From NCBI RefSeq assembly GCF_958415495.1, contig NZ_CATZLL010000010.1, positions 101,267 to 165,266 of the forward strand: a DNA stretch of 64,000 nt. The letters run 5' to 3'. Shown here one piece after another: positions 37,628 to 47,167 of the stretch; position 1 is the first letter of the stretch, and every line of letters starts with the position of its first letter. The position numbers and the translations under genes were made by a program. A model generated the notes under the pieces. The model was not told where the DNA came from. It did no database searches and saw only the letters and a list, made by a program, of their open reading frames with translations. The DNA comes from Ralstonia flaminis. GTDB taxonomy: Bacteria; Pseudomonadota; Gammaproteobacteria; Burkholderiales; Burkholderiaceae.

Positions 37628-37846
37628 TTACGCATGGTTGCCCTTTGCGCCCGCGGCACGCACGAACTTGTACACAGCGTTTTCCCCCTTGTACTCCGGA
37701 CCCTCCACGGCTGCCGTGGTGAGTTCGGGATACTGGGCGGTGTACATGTCGCGCACTTGGTCCGGAGTGAACTGCGTTCCCGGATCGGCAAGCGTCATGC
37801 CGTTGTAGGAAAACTCGCGCTTGACCGTGTTGATGGTGATAGCCAT
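37628..37846 (-). CDS. PRTRC system protein C (ThiS/MoaD-like ubiquitin-like protein), 72 aa
   Basis: 72-aa acidic protein in the expected cassette position. Confidence 0.5.
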   Translation of the reverse strand: MAITINTVKREFSYNGMTLADPGTQFTPDQVRDMYTAQYPELTTAAVEGPEYKGENAVYKFVRAAGAKGNHA

Positions 37847-37855
37847 GGCTTCTCC

Positions 37856-38341
37856 TTAACCGAGCAGATCAGCGAGGGAGGTGCCAGACGATTTTTTGTC
37901 GCCTTGCGCATCTTTAGCTGACGAACTCGTGCTACCGGACGTCGTTTCAGTGACCTCAACATCGACCACACCATCGTCATCGTCGTCGTCCATGCCTTTC
38001 GACTTGGGCGCCGGCAACTTCGGATTGGCGCGATTGGATGTCGCGAGGGCCTTGGTCGCCTTGTTCGACTGAGCAGCGGTAGCCGCTTGAATCACCGCCT
38101 TCGTGGACTCGACCTGTTCGGCGAGACCCTGGCGGGCCTGCGTCACACCACCGATCGCATTGGCAAACTCAGCATCCAACTCCGCCGGCGTGGCCGTCAG
38201 AGCAATCGGCGCAACCAGGGCTGCGTCGTCCGGCTTGCTGACGGTCGGCGCGACGACCACGGTCATCTCGTCACCCTGCATTGAAAGGGTGATAACAACC
38301 TTGTCGCTCGCCTTCACGAGCGGCACCAGTTCTTGAAACAT
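37856..38341 (-). CDS. PRTRC system protein E, 161 aa (acidic, Asp-run DDDDDDG)
   Basis: Position between the ParB and protein C genes; low-complexity acidic C-terminus. Confidence 0.5.
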   Translation of the reverse strand: MFQELVPLVKASDKVVITLSMQGDEMTVVVAPTVSKPDDAALVAPIALTATPAELDAEFANAIGGVTQARQGLAEQVESTKAVIQAATAAQSNKATKALATSNRANPKLPAPKSKGMDDDDDDGVVDVEVTETTSGSTSSSAKDAQGDKKSSGTSLADLLG

Positions 38342-40050
38342 AGGGATTTCCTTGAAAATGAATGGGATGGGGAAGCGAGGCGTGGTCGGAACTTCAAGAC
38401 CTTGGGCACCTTGCCCGTGTAGTCAAACCCGTCTACCTTGAGGAGGGCCTCAATGACTTCGAGCTTCGATTGGTTGAACAGCTTGGAAAAGCGATCGCCG
38501 AGCGCGTTGCGCATGCCCAGCTCGTCGGCGAGAGCCTTCAACTCCGATTTGGTCAGGAGTTCCAGAAAATCCTTGGATTTCTGAAGGTTCCAGTGCTTGG
38601 TCAGGTCGAGCGCGTGGTACTTGCAGAGCGACGTCAAGACAGGCACATCGATTCCTTCGATCGCGGCAAGCGCGAGCGAGATCGTCAGATTGAGCCGCTT
38701 GTCAGTAGCCAGGCCGGCCACAGAGATAAGGTTCTTCGAGAGATCGGTGGGAGAGCTGGTCTCGTCCGCGATCCGTTCAAAGAGCGTCCCCATCTTGTCG
38801 CTGGTGATGGTGCGTGCATGACCGGACAGCGAAAGTGCGAGGAGATAGTGGTTGGCCGTTGCTTCGTTGGCCGCCACCTCCCGGCGTAGCGCCTTGCGCC
38901 ACACCCCTTGTCGGTAGGTCTTCACCTTGTCCGACTCGGCAATCGACGTGGCCGCGTGTTCGGCCTTTCCGCCCTTGTCCGCGCCCTCCTTGGCCGGCGC
39001 GGCTTTGGGGCCCTTAACAGTAGACGGCGCTTCAGCGCGCTCGGCCTTGATCCTCGCTGCAACCTTCTTGGCATTGCAGGACGGATCAAAACACTGACCA
39101 CGGAAGACCTTGCCCAGGCTGTCCGGCAGACCACTCACCGCGGCGCCGAAATTCTGGCAGCCGTGACATGCTTTCGCCTGTTCGGCACCGACTCCCGTCG
39201 GTCCCTCCACCTGCAATTGCACGCGCGTGTGGTTGTCGCCAGCGCGGACGATACGGATAACCGGGTATTCGTCCTTCAGGCCGTACGAGATACCTTCCAG
39301 CTGCGTCTCGGTCTTGCCCTTGTAGCAGGTCGGGTTGGTACAGCTACCGGAGGAAATCGCCTCGGAAAACATCACCGACTGCAATTCCGAGTTGTGCGCG
39401 CATGTCGCACACTCGCTCTTGTCGAAGATCGCGTCCTTCAGGTTGCAGGCAGCTTGTTCGATGGCCTTCTTGAGGTCCGCCACCGTCTTTTTCTCTTGCA
39501 GAATGATCGGCAAGAACAGGTCCTGCTTTTCCTTCGTCAGGGTCGCAAGCAGCTCGGCATGCCCAAGCTGGATGGAACGCGTGTTCAGCGCGTCCAGCAC
39601 CGCAGGACTGCAGTTCATTAGCGCCAGCCGGCGGTCGAGGGTCGATCGCGGCCAGCCGAGTTGGCGGGCAGCTTCATCGCGGTCACCTTTCAGGTCCCCA
39701 ACGATGTCCGCGGCCGCAACGGCTTCTTCAGACGGCGCCATGTCGGCGCGCTGAACGTTCTCGATGAGCGCCAGCCGGCGCGCTTCCCCTTCCGTCATCT
39801 CACGGATGACAACGGGCATGTCGTAATCGTCACCGCAGGCAGCTTTCGCCCCACGGTACCGGCGCTCGCCAGCGACCAGTTCGTAGGTGCCGTCCTCAAG
39901 AGGGCGCACCAGTACAGGTTGAATTACGCCATCCTCACGGATGGACTCCGTGATCTCCGCCATTTTCGCGGGATCGAAGTACTTCCGGGGGTTCTTGCCC
40001 GGCCGGATTTGGCCGAGTTTGACGGTGACGCTCTGTTGGTTTTCTTGCAT
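38314..40050 (-). CDS. PRTRC-associated ParB-family protein, ~579 aa (start MQENQQS with GGAGA RBS; track ORF extends to 40206)
   Basis: N-terminal ParB/Srx nuclease-like domain with GERRYRGA and QPVLVRP motifs. Large C-terminal extension. Confidence 0.65.
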   Translation of the reverse strand: MQENQQSVTVKLGQIRPGKNPRKYFDPAKMAEITESIREDGVIQPVLVRPLEDGTYELVAGERRYRGAKAACGDDYDMPVVIREMTEGEARRLALIENVQRADMAPSEEAVAAADIVGDLKGDRDEAARQLGWPRSTLDRRLALMNCSPAVLDALNTRSIQLGHAELLATLTKEKQDLFLPIILQEKKTVADLKKAIEQAACNLKDAIFDKSECATCAHNSELQSVMFSEAISSGSCTNPTCYKGKTETQLEGISYGLKDEYPVIRIVRAGDNHTRVQLQVEGPTGVGAEQAKACHGCQNFGAAVSGLPDSLGKVFRGQCFDPSCNAKKVAARIKAERAEAPSTVKGPKAAPAKEGADKGGKAEHAATSIAESDKVKTYRQGVWRKALRREVAANEATANHYLLALSLSGHARTITSDKMGTLFERIADETSSPTDLSKNLISVAGLATDKRLNLTISLALAAIEGIDVPVLTSLCKYHALDLTKHWNLQKSKDFLELLTKSELKALADELGMRNALGDRFSKLFNQSKLEVIEALLKVDGFDYTGKVPKVLKFRPRLASPSHSFSRKSLCFKNWCRS

Positions 40051-40093
40051 TTGTGGGTTCTCCAGGGATGGAAAAGGGGAACCCGTTGCCGCA

Positions 40094-40111
40094 CCGGGAA
40101 CAGGTTCCCGA
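40094..40111. promoter_or_regulatory. 18-bp near-palindrome CCGGGAACAGGTTCCCGA (44-61 bp upstream of the ParB start), followed by ATGGGATGGAAAATGAAAG
   Basis: Read directly. Same family as 33072 and 33954. Confidence 0.5.
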
Positions 40112-40194
40112 TGGGATGGAAAATGAAAGCGAGGGCCACCGAACCGCTGGCCCTCGGACAACCGCGAGACGCTGCGCGTCCTGCGATCAGGAGA

Positions 40195-40214
40195 TCGATG
40201 CGTCAAAGACGCGG
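40195..40214 (+). repeat. 22-mer family copy g: TCGATGCGTCAAAGACGCGG, 83 bp to the right of palindrome m2, upstream of the ParB/PRTRC operon
   Basis: Read directly. Confidence 0.6.
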
Positions 40215-40316
40215 AGTGAGCTTTGAGAATACCGGAAACACGTCTGCGGTGCCAGACAGCGGATCCCCCTCCGCAGATGGGGACCCGCTCTTGCGCGAGG
40301 CCGGCCAGTGGCCAAC

Positions 40317-41249
40317 CTAGAACAACGACAATTGCTCACGTTGCCGGGCAATTTCAGCGTGCTGTTGCGGCACCGCTTCAATGATGGCCGGCGCTTGCGG
40401 CGGTTCAATCGCCTCCAGAATCGACAGGACCGTACCCATTTCTGCGGGCACGAAATTGCGTTCGGAATCAACGGGCGGGGAGGTTTCCTGGCTACGCTCA
40501 CGCGCAGCCAGTTTCCGGTTCCACCCGCCAAGCACGTGCGCTGGTGTGTACCAAACCTCGCGCTCCTCAAGCATCAATGAGTTGCCAAGGATGACAACCG
40601 CAGGGATATGGAGCAAGGCCAGCTGCACATACGTCATGTGTACGCACCGTGGATCGATATCGATGCACGTTGCATGCATGGCCGTCTGGTAGTTGTGGCC
40701 CGCCTGATGCATAGCCTCCGCCATTGCGATCACCATGCCACCAGCGCCGCAGGTTGGCTCCATCACGGTGATGAAGCCATGTTCCGCGACGTCCGGATCA
40801 TGGTCATTGACCTGCATCGCAGCCATCATGCTGGATACCGAATAGGGCGTGAAAAACTGCCCCGCCCTATCGTTGCCCAGCTCAAGCAGCATGTAGGTGT
40901 GACCAAGCACATCGCCAAAGCCACCGGCGACTCTGACCGGCGCCGGCGACCCGGGAAGGACATCAGTCATCCGGCGCTCGTAAGTGAGCACGAGGTGGCC
41001 AAGCATCTTCGGGAACTGGTCCACTTCTTCTTTGGTGTACTTCTTGACGATCTCCATGTACCGAGCCTCTCGGCCGTCTCGCTGAGCGAGATCGACCGCA
41101 TTGCTGAGGCTCAGTGCGGACATCTCAACGAAGTCGGAGAACACATCGCTTGCGCGGTGACGGTACCCGAAGGCCTTGATCAAATCGACCAAGGCCTTTT
41201 GGTGTTCGTCGGCGGTCTCCAGGTGCCGGCGTTGTGCTGCCCTGCTCAT
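40317..41249 (-). CDS. N6-adenine DNA methyltransferase (gamma-class-like), ~310 aa
   Basis: Motif I EPTCGAGGMVIA and motif IV FFTP (the NPPY-equivalent). Start at MSRAAQ overlaps the stop of the upstream gene (ATGA). Confidence 0.6.
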   Translation of the reverse strand: MSRAAQRRHLETADEHQKALVDLIKAFGYRHRASDVFSDFVEMSALSLSNAVDLAQRDGREARYMEIVKKYTKEEVDQFPKMLGHLVLTYERRMTDVLPGSPAPVRVAGGFGDVLGHTYMLLELGNDRAGQFFTPYSVSSMMAAMQVNDHDPDVAEHGFITVMEPTCGAGGMVIAMAEAMHQAGHNYQTAMHATCIDIDPRCVHMTYVQLALLHIPAVVILGNSLMLEEREVWYTPAHVLGGWNRKLAARERSQETSPPVDSERNFVPAEMGTVLSILEAIEPPQAPAIIEAVPQQHAEIARQREQLSLF

Positions 41250-41620
41250 TGCAGAGCCCCAACTCGCACATTGAAGCGCTGGTTCAGCGATGCGCAAAAG
41301 GCATCCATGTCGGGGACCGCGCCAATAGCCAGAGCGGCTTTGATGTCGGCTTCAGCGACCCGGAGTTCCGATTCCACATCGATAGTCGATGCCACACTAG
41401 TCGAAGCATTGCTGCGCACAGTCTCCACAACAGCACGTGCAATTCGCACACAGAACAGCTCGAACTCGTGTGTTACCTCAGCTTCTTTCCTGATCCGCGT
41501 TGCACGCAACGATGGATCGAGGATTGGCAAGGCCTCCTGTTCGAAACGAGCCACCACCAGGTAGCTTTCGAAGGCTTTGAGCTGTGCTTCTTTGAAACGC
41601 TGAATAACGGCGTTGAACAT
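41246..41620 (-). CDS. Hypothetical protein, 124 aa, translationally coupled to the methyltransferase gene
   Basis: Track ORF; its stop overlaps the MTase start. Confidence 0.45.
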   Translation of the reverse strand: MFNAVIQRFKEAQLKAFESYLVVARFEQEALPILDPSLRATRIRKEAEVTHEFELFCVRIARAVVETVRSNASTSVASTIDVESELRVAEADIKAALAIGAVPDMDAFCASLNQRFNVRVGALQ

Positions 41621-41883
41621 GGAACGTCTCCAGAAAATGGACGAGAGACGTCCCTGCTGGGACGGCTCCCAGCGGGGAAGAAGATGGAACGACCTGACCG
41701 ACCAGCGCTAACGAATCGGCGTGCGTAGGCACACCGCGACGTAGCGAAGTTCGCTCAGGTGTTCAAGGGAAAGACCGGCCGCAGAATGCGAACGATAGGC
41801 CGACACGTGCAGTGTCGGAGATGAAACCGGACCCTACAGCTGTGGGGGAAACAAGATGTAGGCCGCCCAGATGGCGGTCAAAA

Positions 41884-41903
41884 TCGATGCGTCGTAGACG
41901 CGG
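41884..41903 (+). repeat. 22-mer family copy d: TCGATGCGTCGTAGACGCGG (identical to copy a)
   Basis: Intergenic, between 41620 and 41972. Confidence 0.6.
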
Positions 41904-41971
41904 CAAACCGTTTCAGAATATCGCAGTTGCTCTGCATTTTCCAGCAGCTGCGCGCACGCGCGCCCAGCCCG

Positions 41972-42460
41972 CTACCACCTTCCTGGCATCGGCCGCGTCA
42001 TTGCAGCGCTCCGCAAGCGATTGACGACGGCCCAGCGATAGTGGTCCTTCTCCTCTGGTTCTTGCATCCCTGAGAAGTCTGGCATCAACCCCGCCAGCAG
42101 GCCCGGTGCGTCCTCACGAAGCACGCCGTCAGCGATGAGCTTGTTGCGTAGTAGCTTGGAGACGCTCCAGCCAATCTCCTTGAACGCCACATAGTCCCAA
42201 CGAGCTGGAATGAGGTCCTCGCTGAACCACGCTTCGCCGCCGTGCCCAACAACCCCCACCACAGTGTGGTGTATGCCTTGCGAATCCGAATGCACGCGCG
42301 CCTCGAACCGCAGCACATGCGGCTCCGGGAACCAGAAGACGCGATCCAGCATGCGCGCGAAGGCCTGCGCCTCAATGCTGGCCAGTGCCTGGTCTTCAGC
42401 CTCCCCAAACTGGGAGCAGGGTTCGGCCTTTGGGCGGCCGCCTATTTCAACTTCTCGCAT
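41972..42460 (-). CDS. Hypothetical protein, 162 aa
   Basis: Track ORF. Confidence 0.4.
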   Translation of the reverse strand: MREVEIGGRPKAEPCSQFGEAEDQALASIEAQAFARMLDRVFWFPEPHVLRFEARVHSDSQGIHHTVVGVVGHGGEAWFSEDLIPARWDYVAFKEIGWSVSKLLRNKLIADGVLREDAPGLLAGLMPDFSGMQEPEEKDHYRWAVVNRLRSAAMTRPMPGRW

Positions 42461-42632
42461 GTCGTGTGCTGTGGTGTGGGAATGCGGCGAAAGCCCACGC
42501 GAATATCGAGCTTTTGCTTGATTCGATCGTCGTTGCCCGCCCCAAAATCGTACCGGCCAGTTCGCTCAACCGGCGCCATTGACTTCGCAGCCATGCCGGT
42601 AACTTGGAACCATATCCCGATGGTTTTCCGAC

Positions 42633-43067
42633 ATGCGCTTCACACGTTATCTCCGTTACTACCCGATCGATTTTACCTCGCGCCGCGAGGCCGCTTTCGC
42701 TCGCAAGCAGGCCCGCGAGCGTGCGCGCTATCCCCTGTTTCCCGAGCACATAGCCGAGTCACAACGCACCGTCGCTGACGAAATCGCCCTGCGCCAGCGT
42801 CGTTCCGACAGTCTGGAGCTGCGTATGCGCGCGCTCCAGGCCAAACACTGGCGCAAAGGTCGCAGCATGTACTTCGCCCAACCGGCGGCCGTTCGTGCCC
42901 ACATCCAGGAAGCGTGGCGAGCATGGCGTGGCCCCACCACTCCCAACAACTTCATCTATGTAGTTGAGCAGCAAACCGGCGAGGGCGAGCGCCGCCGTGC
43001 GGCGATCCGGGAGAGGGATGCGGCGTTTCGCGCGTCTCTCGTTGACACACAACTGACCCTCGCCTGA
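42633..43067 (+). CDS. Hypothetical basic protein, 144 aa; first gene of an 8-gene plus-strand operon
   Basis: Track ORF. Its stop is 1 bp before the helicase ATG (TGAcATG). Confidence 0.45.
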   Translation: MRFTRYLRYYPIDFTSRREAAFARKQARERARYPLFPEHIAESQRTVADEIALRQRRSDSLELRMRALQAKHWRKGRSMYFAQPAAVRAHIQEAWRAWRGPTTPNNFIYVVEQQTGEGERRRAAIRERDAAFRASLVDTQLTLA

Positions 43068-43068
43068 C

Positions 43069-44529
43069 ATGCAGCCTACCGAAGAGCAAACCGCTGTCGT
43101 TGATGCGTCCTTGGATGGCGAACCGTTGAAGGTTGACGCTCGTGCGGGCGCCGGCAAGACCTCCACCCTAGGCCTCGTCTCGACCGCCAAAGGGCGGGCT
43201 CGTGGTGTCTATTTGGCCTTCAATCGCCTCATTGCGGAGGAGGCCAAGCGCAAGTTCCCTTTGTCCGTGCGGTGCGGAACGGTCAACTCCCAGGCATACA
43301 GATCCGTATCGGCCGACATCACCCGGAAGCTCCGTAATCCGTTGGAGCCCAACTACCTCCTCGCAGAGCGATTCGGCCTACAGCCTATCAAGGTCCCGAC
43401 AACGATCGGGAAGAACCTTGAACTGACCTCCGCCAAGCTTGGCCGGATGGTGCGAGACGGCTTGGCCAGGTTCTGTGGCTCTGCCAAGCCGACGCCGCTC
43501 GATTGGCACATCCCGGTCGATCCGCTGATCACCGAGCAAGCGGCTGAAGCGCTACGCCATGCGCTGCTGCCTTCGGTCGTCAAGCTCTGGGAGGAATCAC
43601 AAAACCCCCAATCCCCGGGCGCTATCTCCCACGACGTGTACGTCAAGCTGTGGCAGTTGAGCCGGCCGACCATCCCTGCCGACTACATCCTATTCGATGA
43701 GTCGCAAGACGCAAACGGCCTGATGCTTTCGGTGCTTCGACGCCAATCGGCCCAGGTGATCTATGTCGGCGACCCGTACCAACAGATCTACGAGTGGCGC
43801 GGTGCCGTCAACGCGATGGACCACATCAAGGCGCAGAAGCGTGCGCTGACGCTGTCCTTCCGCTTTGGCGAGCCGATCGCTGCGCTGGCGACCCGCATCC
43901 TGCGCACGATGGACGAGGAAGTGCCCGTCAGGGGCCAGGCCAGCATTGCATCGCGTATCCACAAGGACATCTCGCCGAGCGAGCTGAAGGTCAACGCCGT
44001 GCTTTGCCGCAAGAATGCAACGGTGCTGTCCTATGTCGCCGATGGTCTCCAACGCGGCGAAAAGGTCGCGATCCGCGCCAATATCCGCGACATCATGGCC
44101 TTCCTGGACGGCGCCGAACGGCTGATGTGCGGCCAGCGGACCGACTATCCGACCGCGCTATCCCTGTTCGCCAACTGGTCGGAGGTGCAGGACTACGCCG
44201 ACTCGTTTGCCGGGCGAGACCTGAAGCCGTTCGTCAAGCTGATCGACGATGAAGGCATCCCCTACGTCCGCCAGCTGCTTAGCACTGTCAGCCCAGAGTC
44301 CGAAGCCGATTACGTGGTCTCGACCATCCATCAGGTCAAGGGCCTTGAGTACGACTCGGTCCGCATTGCCGGCGACTTCAGGTTCAAGACGGACGACGAC
44401 GGCAAGTACACGATGGACACGGAAGAGAAGCGCCTCCTCTATGTCGCACTCACGCGCGCCAAGCGCAACCTGGACATCACTGCCATCCAAGTTGACATGC
44501 ACAGAATGTTCCGGGATGCCGGGGTGTAA
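43069..44529 (+). CDS. UvrD/Rep/PcrA-like superfamily-1 helicase, compact 486-aa form
   Basis: Walker A AGAGKTST, motif II ILFDESQDAN, motif VI-region VSTIHQVKGLEYDSV, and the C-terminal LLYVALTRAKRNL typical of UvrD-family helicases. Confidence 0.7.
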   Translation: MQPTEEQTAVVDASLDGEPLKVDARAGAGKTSTLGLVSTAKGRARGVYLAFNRLIAEEAKRKFPLSVRCGTVNSQAYRSVSADITRKLRNPLEPNYLLAERFGLQPIKVPTTIGKNLELTSAKLGRMVRDGLARFCGSAKPTPLDWHIPVDPLITEQAAEALRHALLPSVVKLWEESQNPQSPGAISHDVYVKLWQLSRPTIPADYILFDESQDANGLMLSVLRRQSAQVIYVGDPYQQIYEWRGAVNAMDHIKAQKRALTLSFRFGEPIAALATRILRTMDEEVPVRGQASIASRIHKDISPSELKVNAVLCRKNATVLSYVADGLQRGEKVAIRANIRDIMAFLDGAERLMCGQRTDYPTALSLFANWSEVQDYADSFAGRDLKPFVKLIDDEGIPYVRQLLSTVSPESEADYVVSTIHQVKGLEYDSVRIAGDFRFKTDDDGKYTMDTEEKRLLYVALTRAKRNLDITAIQVDMHRMFRDAGV

Positions 44530-44540
44530 AGGGGCACACC

Positions 44541-45761
44541 ATGATCAAGATCCGGATCGGCCCGTCCGACTTCGACCTTGCTGAGGTGCTGGAGAACCCG
44601 GGCCGCTACACAACCCAGCTCGAGCGCGCCAAGCGAATTCAAGGGTTCGCCGAGTGCGGCTGCACAGAGCATGCCCCTCGGCCGAAGCTCGTCATCCGGC
44701 GCCTCCGGTCGGCGTTCATCCTGGCGCGCTGGCCAGATGCCAACTACAAGCATCGTCAGGGGTGCCCGTTTCAGGAACGCAAAGGCCACGCCACGGCGAC
44801 GGCAAGAACCAAGGGCCCATTCCAAACCCGGAACGGCAAGCACCTCATTCAGCTTGATCTGTCCTTGGAGGTTACACAGCCCGGCACCGGCCAGCCTGGC
44901 CCGCGATCACCCCAGGCCTCCAGTGCGCCGCGAGCGCATCGCCGATCGGCACCTCTCCTCGCATTTCTCGAATACGCCTGGGAGGCGGCTGGATTGCACG
45001 CGTGGGCCGATCAGGGATACCGCGGTTGGAATGCATGCTGGTCCATGCTCAGTGCCGAGTTCGCCGACGCGAAAATCAACGGCCGCCCGGCAGCCGATGT
45101 GCTGCACATCATGCGCAGGTGGGACCCGGAACATAAGGCCGAGATCCTTGCCGAGTTCGATGCATTCGTCGCGCGGCTGACCACTGCTGGCACCACGACG
45201 CACCGGGGGCTGATCATCGGCGAGGTCGGCGAGTTCAAACCGAGCGCTCACGGCGGCATGCTGGTGCTGCGCCAAAGCCACCAGCGGTATTTCATGTCCA
45301 ATGCGCTGTTTCAGAAGGTCTCACGCTCCTACGCGACTGCGCTGGCCGGTCTCGGCCGCAAGGATTTGCGGAGCGTGGCGGTCCTGGCCGTCGAGAAGAC
45401 CGCCAATGGCTACTTGCACGTCGCCGACATGGCAGCCATGTTGACCAACTCGTCCTTCCTGCCATGCGACTCGTCGCACGAGGCAGTCATGGCCGACCAC
45501 CTGATTCGCCTGCAGCGCAGGTTCGAGAAGCCACTGCGCCATGTGGGCGCCGCCGCAGTCCACCCGGACTTCGAGTTAAAGGATGTCGACCAGCGCACCG
45601 TTATCGAAGTGCTCGGCATGACCGGCAACCGCGAGTACGACCGGCGGATGCAGGAAAAGCGCGAGTACTACGCGACCAACGGTATCCGGTTGGTCGAATG
45701 GAACCCGAACAAACACCCCGTAGCGGACACCCGCCTCCCGCCGACACATCGAGACCGGTGA
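44541..45761 (+). CDS. Hypothetical protein, 406 aa; N-terminal Cys/His cluster (CGCTEH...C), possible DUF1173-type
   Basis: Track ORF. The C-terminal region PDFELKDVD...VIEVLG is weakly PD-(D/E)xK-like (speculative). Confidence 0.5.
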   Translation: MIKIRIGPSDFDLAEVLENPGRYTTQLERAKRIQGFAECGCTEHAPRPKLVIRRLRSAFILARWPDANYKHRQGCPFQERKGHATATARTKGPFQTRNGKHLIQLDLSLEVTQPGTGQPGPRSPQASSAPRAHRRSAPLLAFLEYAWEAAGLHAWADQGYRGWNACWSMLSAEFADAKINGRPAADVLHIMRRWDPEHKAEILAEFDAFVARLTTAGTTTHRGLIIGEVGEFKPSAHGGMLVLRQSHQRYFMSNALFQKVSRSYATALAGLGRKDLRSVAVLAVEKTANGYLHVADMAAMLTNSSFLPCDSSHEAVMADHLIRLQRRFEKPLRHVGAAAVHPDFELKDVDQRTVIEVLGMTGNREYDRRMQEKREYYATNGIRLVEWNPNKHPVADTRLPPTHRDR

Positions 45762-47128
45762 TGAAGACTCCACTGAACCGCTCTGCCGATGGCGCACGCA
45801 TGCAACCAGGCGCCCCGCTCAGCTCACTCAAGTCGCCGGCGATGACCGGTAACATCGTCAACAAGGAACCCCCCATGCAAGACACGCAATGCTTGGCAAT
45901 TCGTGATTGGCTGTTTGACCAGCATGACAGGGTGACCGGCACCGCACGCCTGTTCCGTTACGTGGCCGTTGTTCCGAACGACAGCGATGTCAAAAGCGCG
46001 ACGGTCCACTATGCATTGGCGCGCCCGGTTCCGATTACCGGCACGTTCGCTGCCGAGCCCGACGACATCGTGCGCGAGCTGCTGGCCCAATCGCCTTTCC
46101 GGTCCGCCGAATTGCACCTTGCAGAGCACGACGTGCTCAAGGACAGCTGGCCGGTCAAGTGGGGCCTGACTGCCAAGGACAGCCTCTCGAACTGGCCGGT
46201 GCTGGTGCTGAGCGAGCGGGACGACAAGAGCGTGTACGGGGTCGTCATGCGCTCGCCCAACCTCGAAAGCAATGCTCTTCGTTTTGCGTCGCTCTATTGC
46301 GACCCGGAAGAGGTAGGGCTGATCCTGGATCTCTTGATGCTCATGCAGCCCGACGATGCGTTCCTGGGCTGGTTCAAGGAGTCAGAGATTGCGGCAAGCG
46401 ACCTCGAACAGGCGCTCGCGGCCACTCCGCAAACGGATGCAGGCCAAAAATTCGTTTTGCTGTATCGCACGGACGAATGGCTGTCCGGCATCTGGAATGC
46501 AGATCGGCCCATCGTCGAGCGCATCAACCTGACGAGCCTGGCTGATTTCCACGGCATTCCGGTCTCACTGGCCAAGAAGCGCCGGCGCGCTGACCTCGAG
46601 CAGGCCTGCGACAACCAGACGGTCACGGGTGACTATGACGCACTGGTGAAGGCACTCACAGCCGCCGGCGGCGAGATGCCCAGTCGTGGCAGCGACTACG
46701 AGGCTGACCCGGCCGTGCGCGTTCTATGCGATTGGTGGAACGGCGCGGCACCCGACGGCATGCGCCACGCCGGCGCGCTTCGCATCTACGTCTGGTCCGA
46801 CGAGCGGCGCGTTTTCCTCCCAGGCGATCCCGAGGAGCCGGGCCTGCCGGCCGATGTGCTGGCGACTCAACCCACCTATGCACTGTTTCAGGAGCCCGGC
46901 AAACCCACCGTGGCAGTCGTCTTTTTGCGTGGGCGCGAGCACAACGTGGCGCTGCCCAACGGGTCGACCCAGATCCAGTTTGCCAACGGCAATCCCTGCT
47001 ACGTAATTGCGCTTCCGATATCCGTGGCCAATGAGGCCTTCTACTCGGCTCAGGGGTTGCGCGCGGTGCGCCGCTTCATGGTGACACGCGTGCCAGCGCT
47101 GGCCGCCGGCGACCTGCAGGTGGCCTGA
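45761..47128 (+). CDS. Hypothetical protein, ~455 aa (start overlaps previous stop: GTGATGA)
   Basis: In-frame internal start of track ORF 45464..47128, chosen to remove the 300-bp overlap with the upstream gene. Confidence 0.45.
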   Translation: MKTPLNRSADGARMQPGAPLSSLKSPAMTGNIVNKEPPMQDTQCLAIRDWLFDQHDRVTGTARLFRYVAVVPNDSDVKSATVHYALARPVPITGTFAAEPDDIVRELLAQSPFRSAELHLAEHDVLKDSWPVKWGLTAKDSLSNWPVLVLSERDDKSVYGVVMRSPNLESNALRFASLYCDPEEVGLILDLLMLMQPDDAFLGWFKESEIAASDLEQALAATPQTDAGQKFVLLYRTDEWLSGIWNADRPIVERINLTSLADFHGIPVSLAKKRRRADLEQACDNQTVTGDYDALVKALTAAGGEMPSRGSDYEADPAVRVLCDWWNGAAPDGMRHAGALRIYVWSDERRVFLPGDPEEPGLPADVLATQPTYALFQEPGKPTVAVVFLRGREHNVALPNGSTQIQFANGNPCYVIALPISVANEAFYSAQGLRAVRRFMVTRVPALAAGDLQVA

Positions 47129-47167
47129 ACGACTGACTCCCGGGCGTACACGACATCGGAGGATGGA

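Noticed and set aside
45464-45760. Long N-terminal extension of the 455-aa gene (track ORF 45464..47128)
   Set aside because: It would overlap the preceding 406-aa gene by ~300 bp in another frame. The start at 45761 gives an overlapping stop/start (GTGATGA) typical of coupling.
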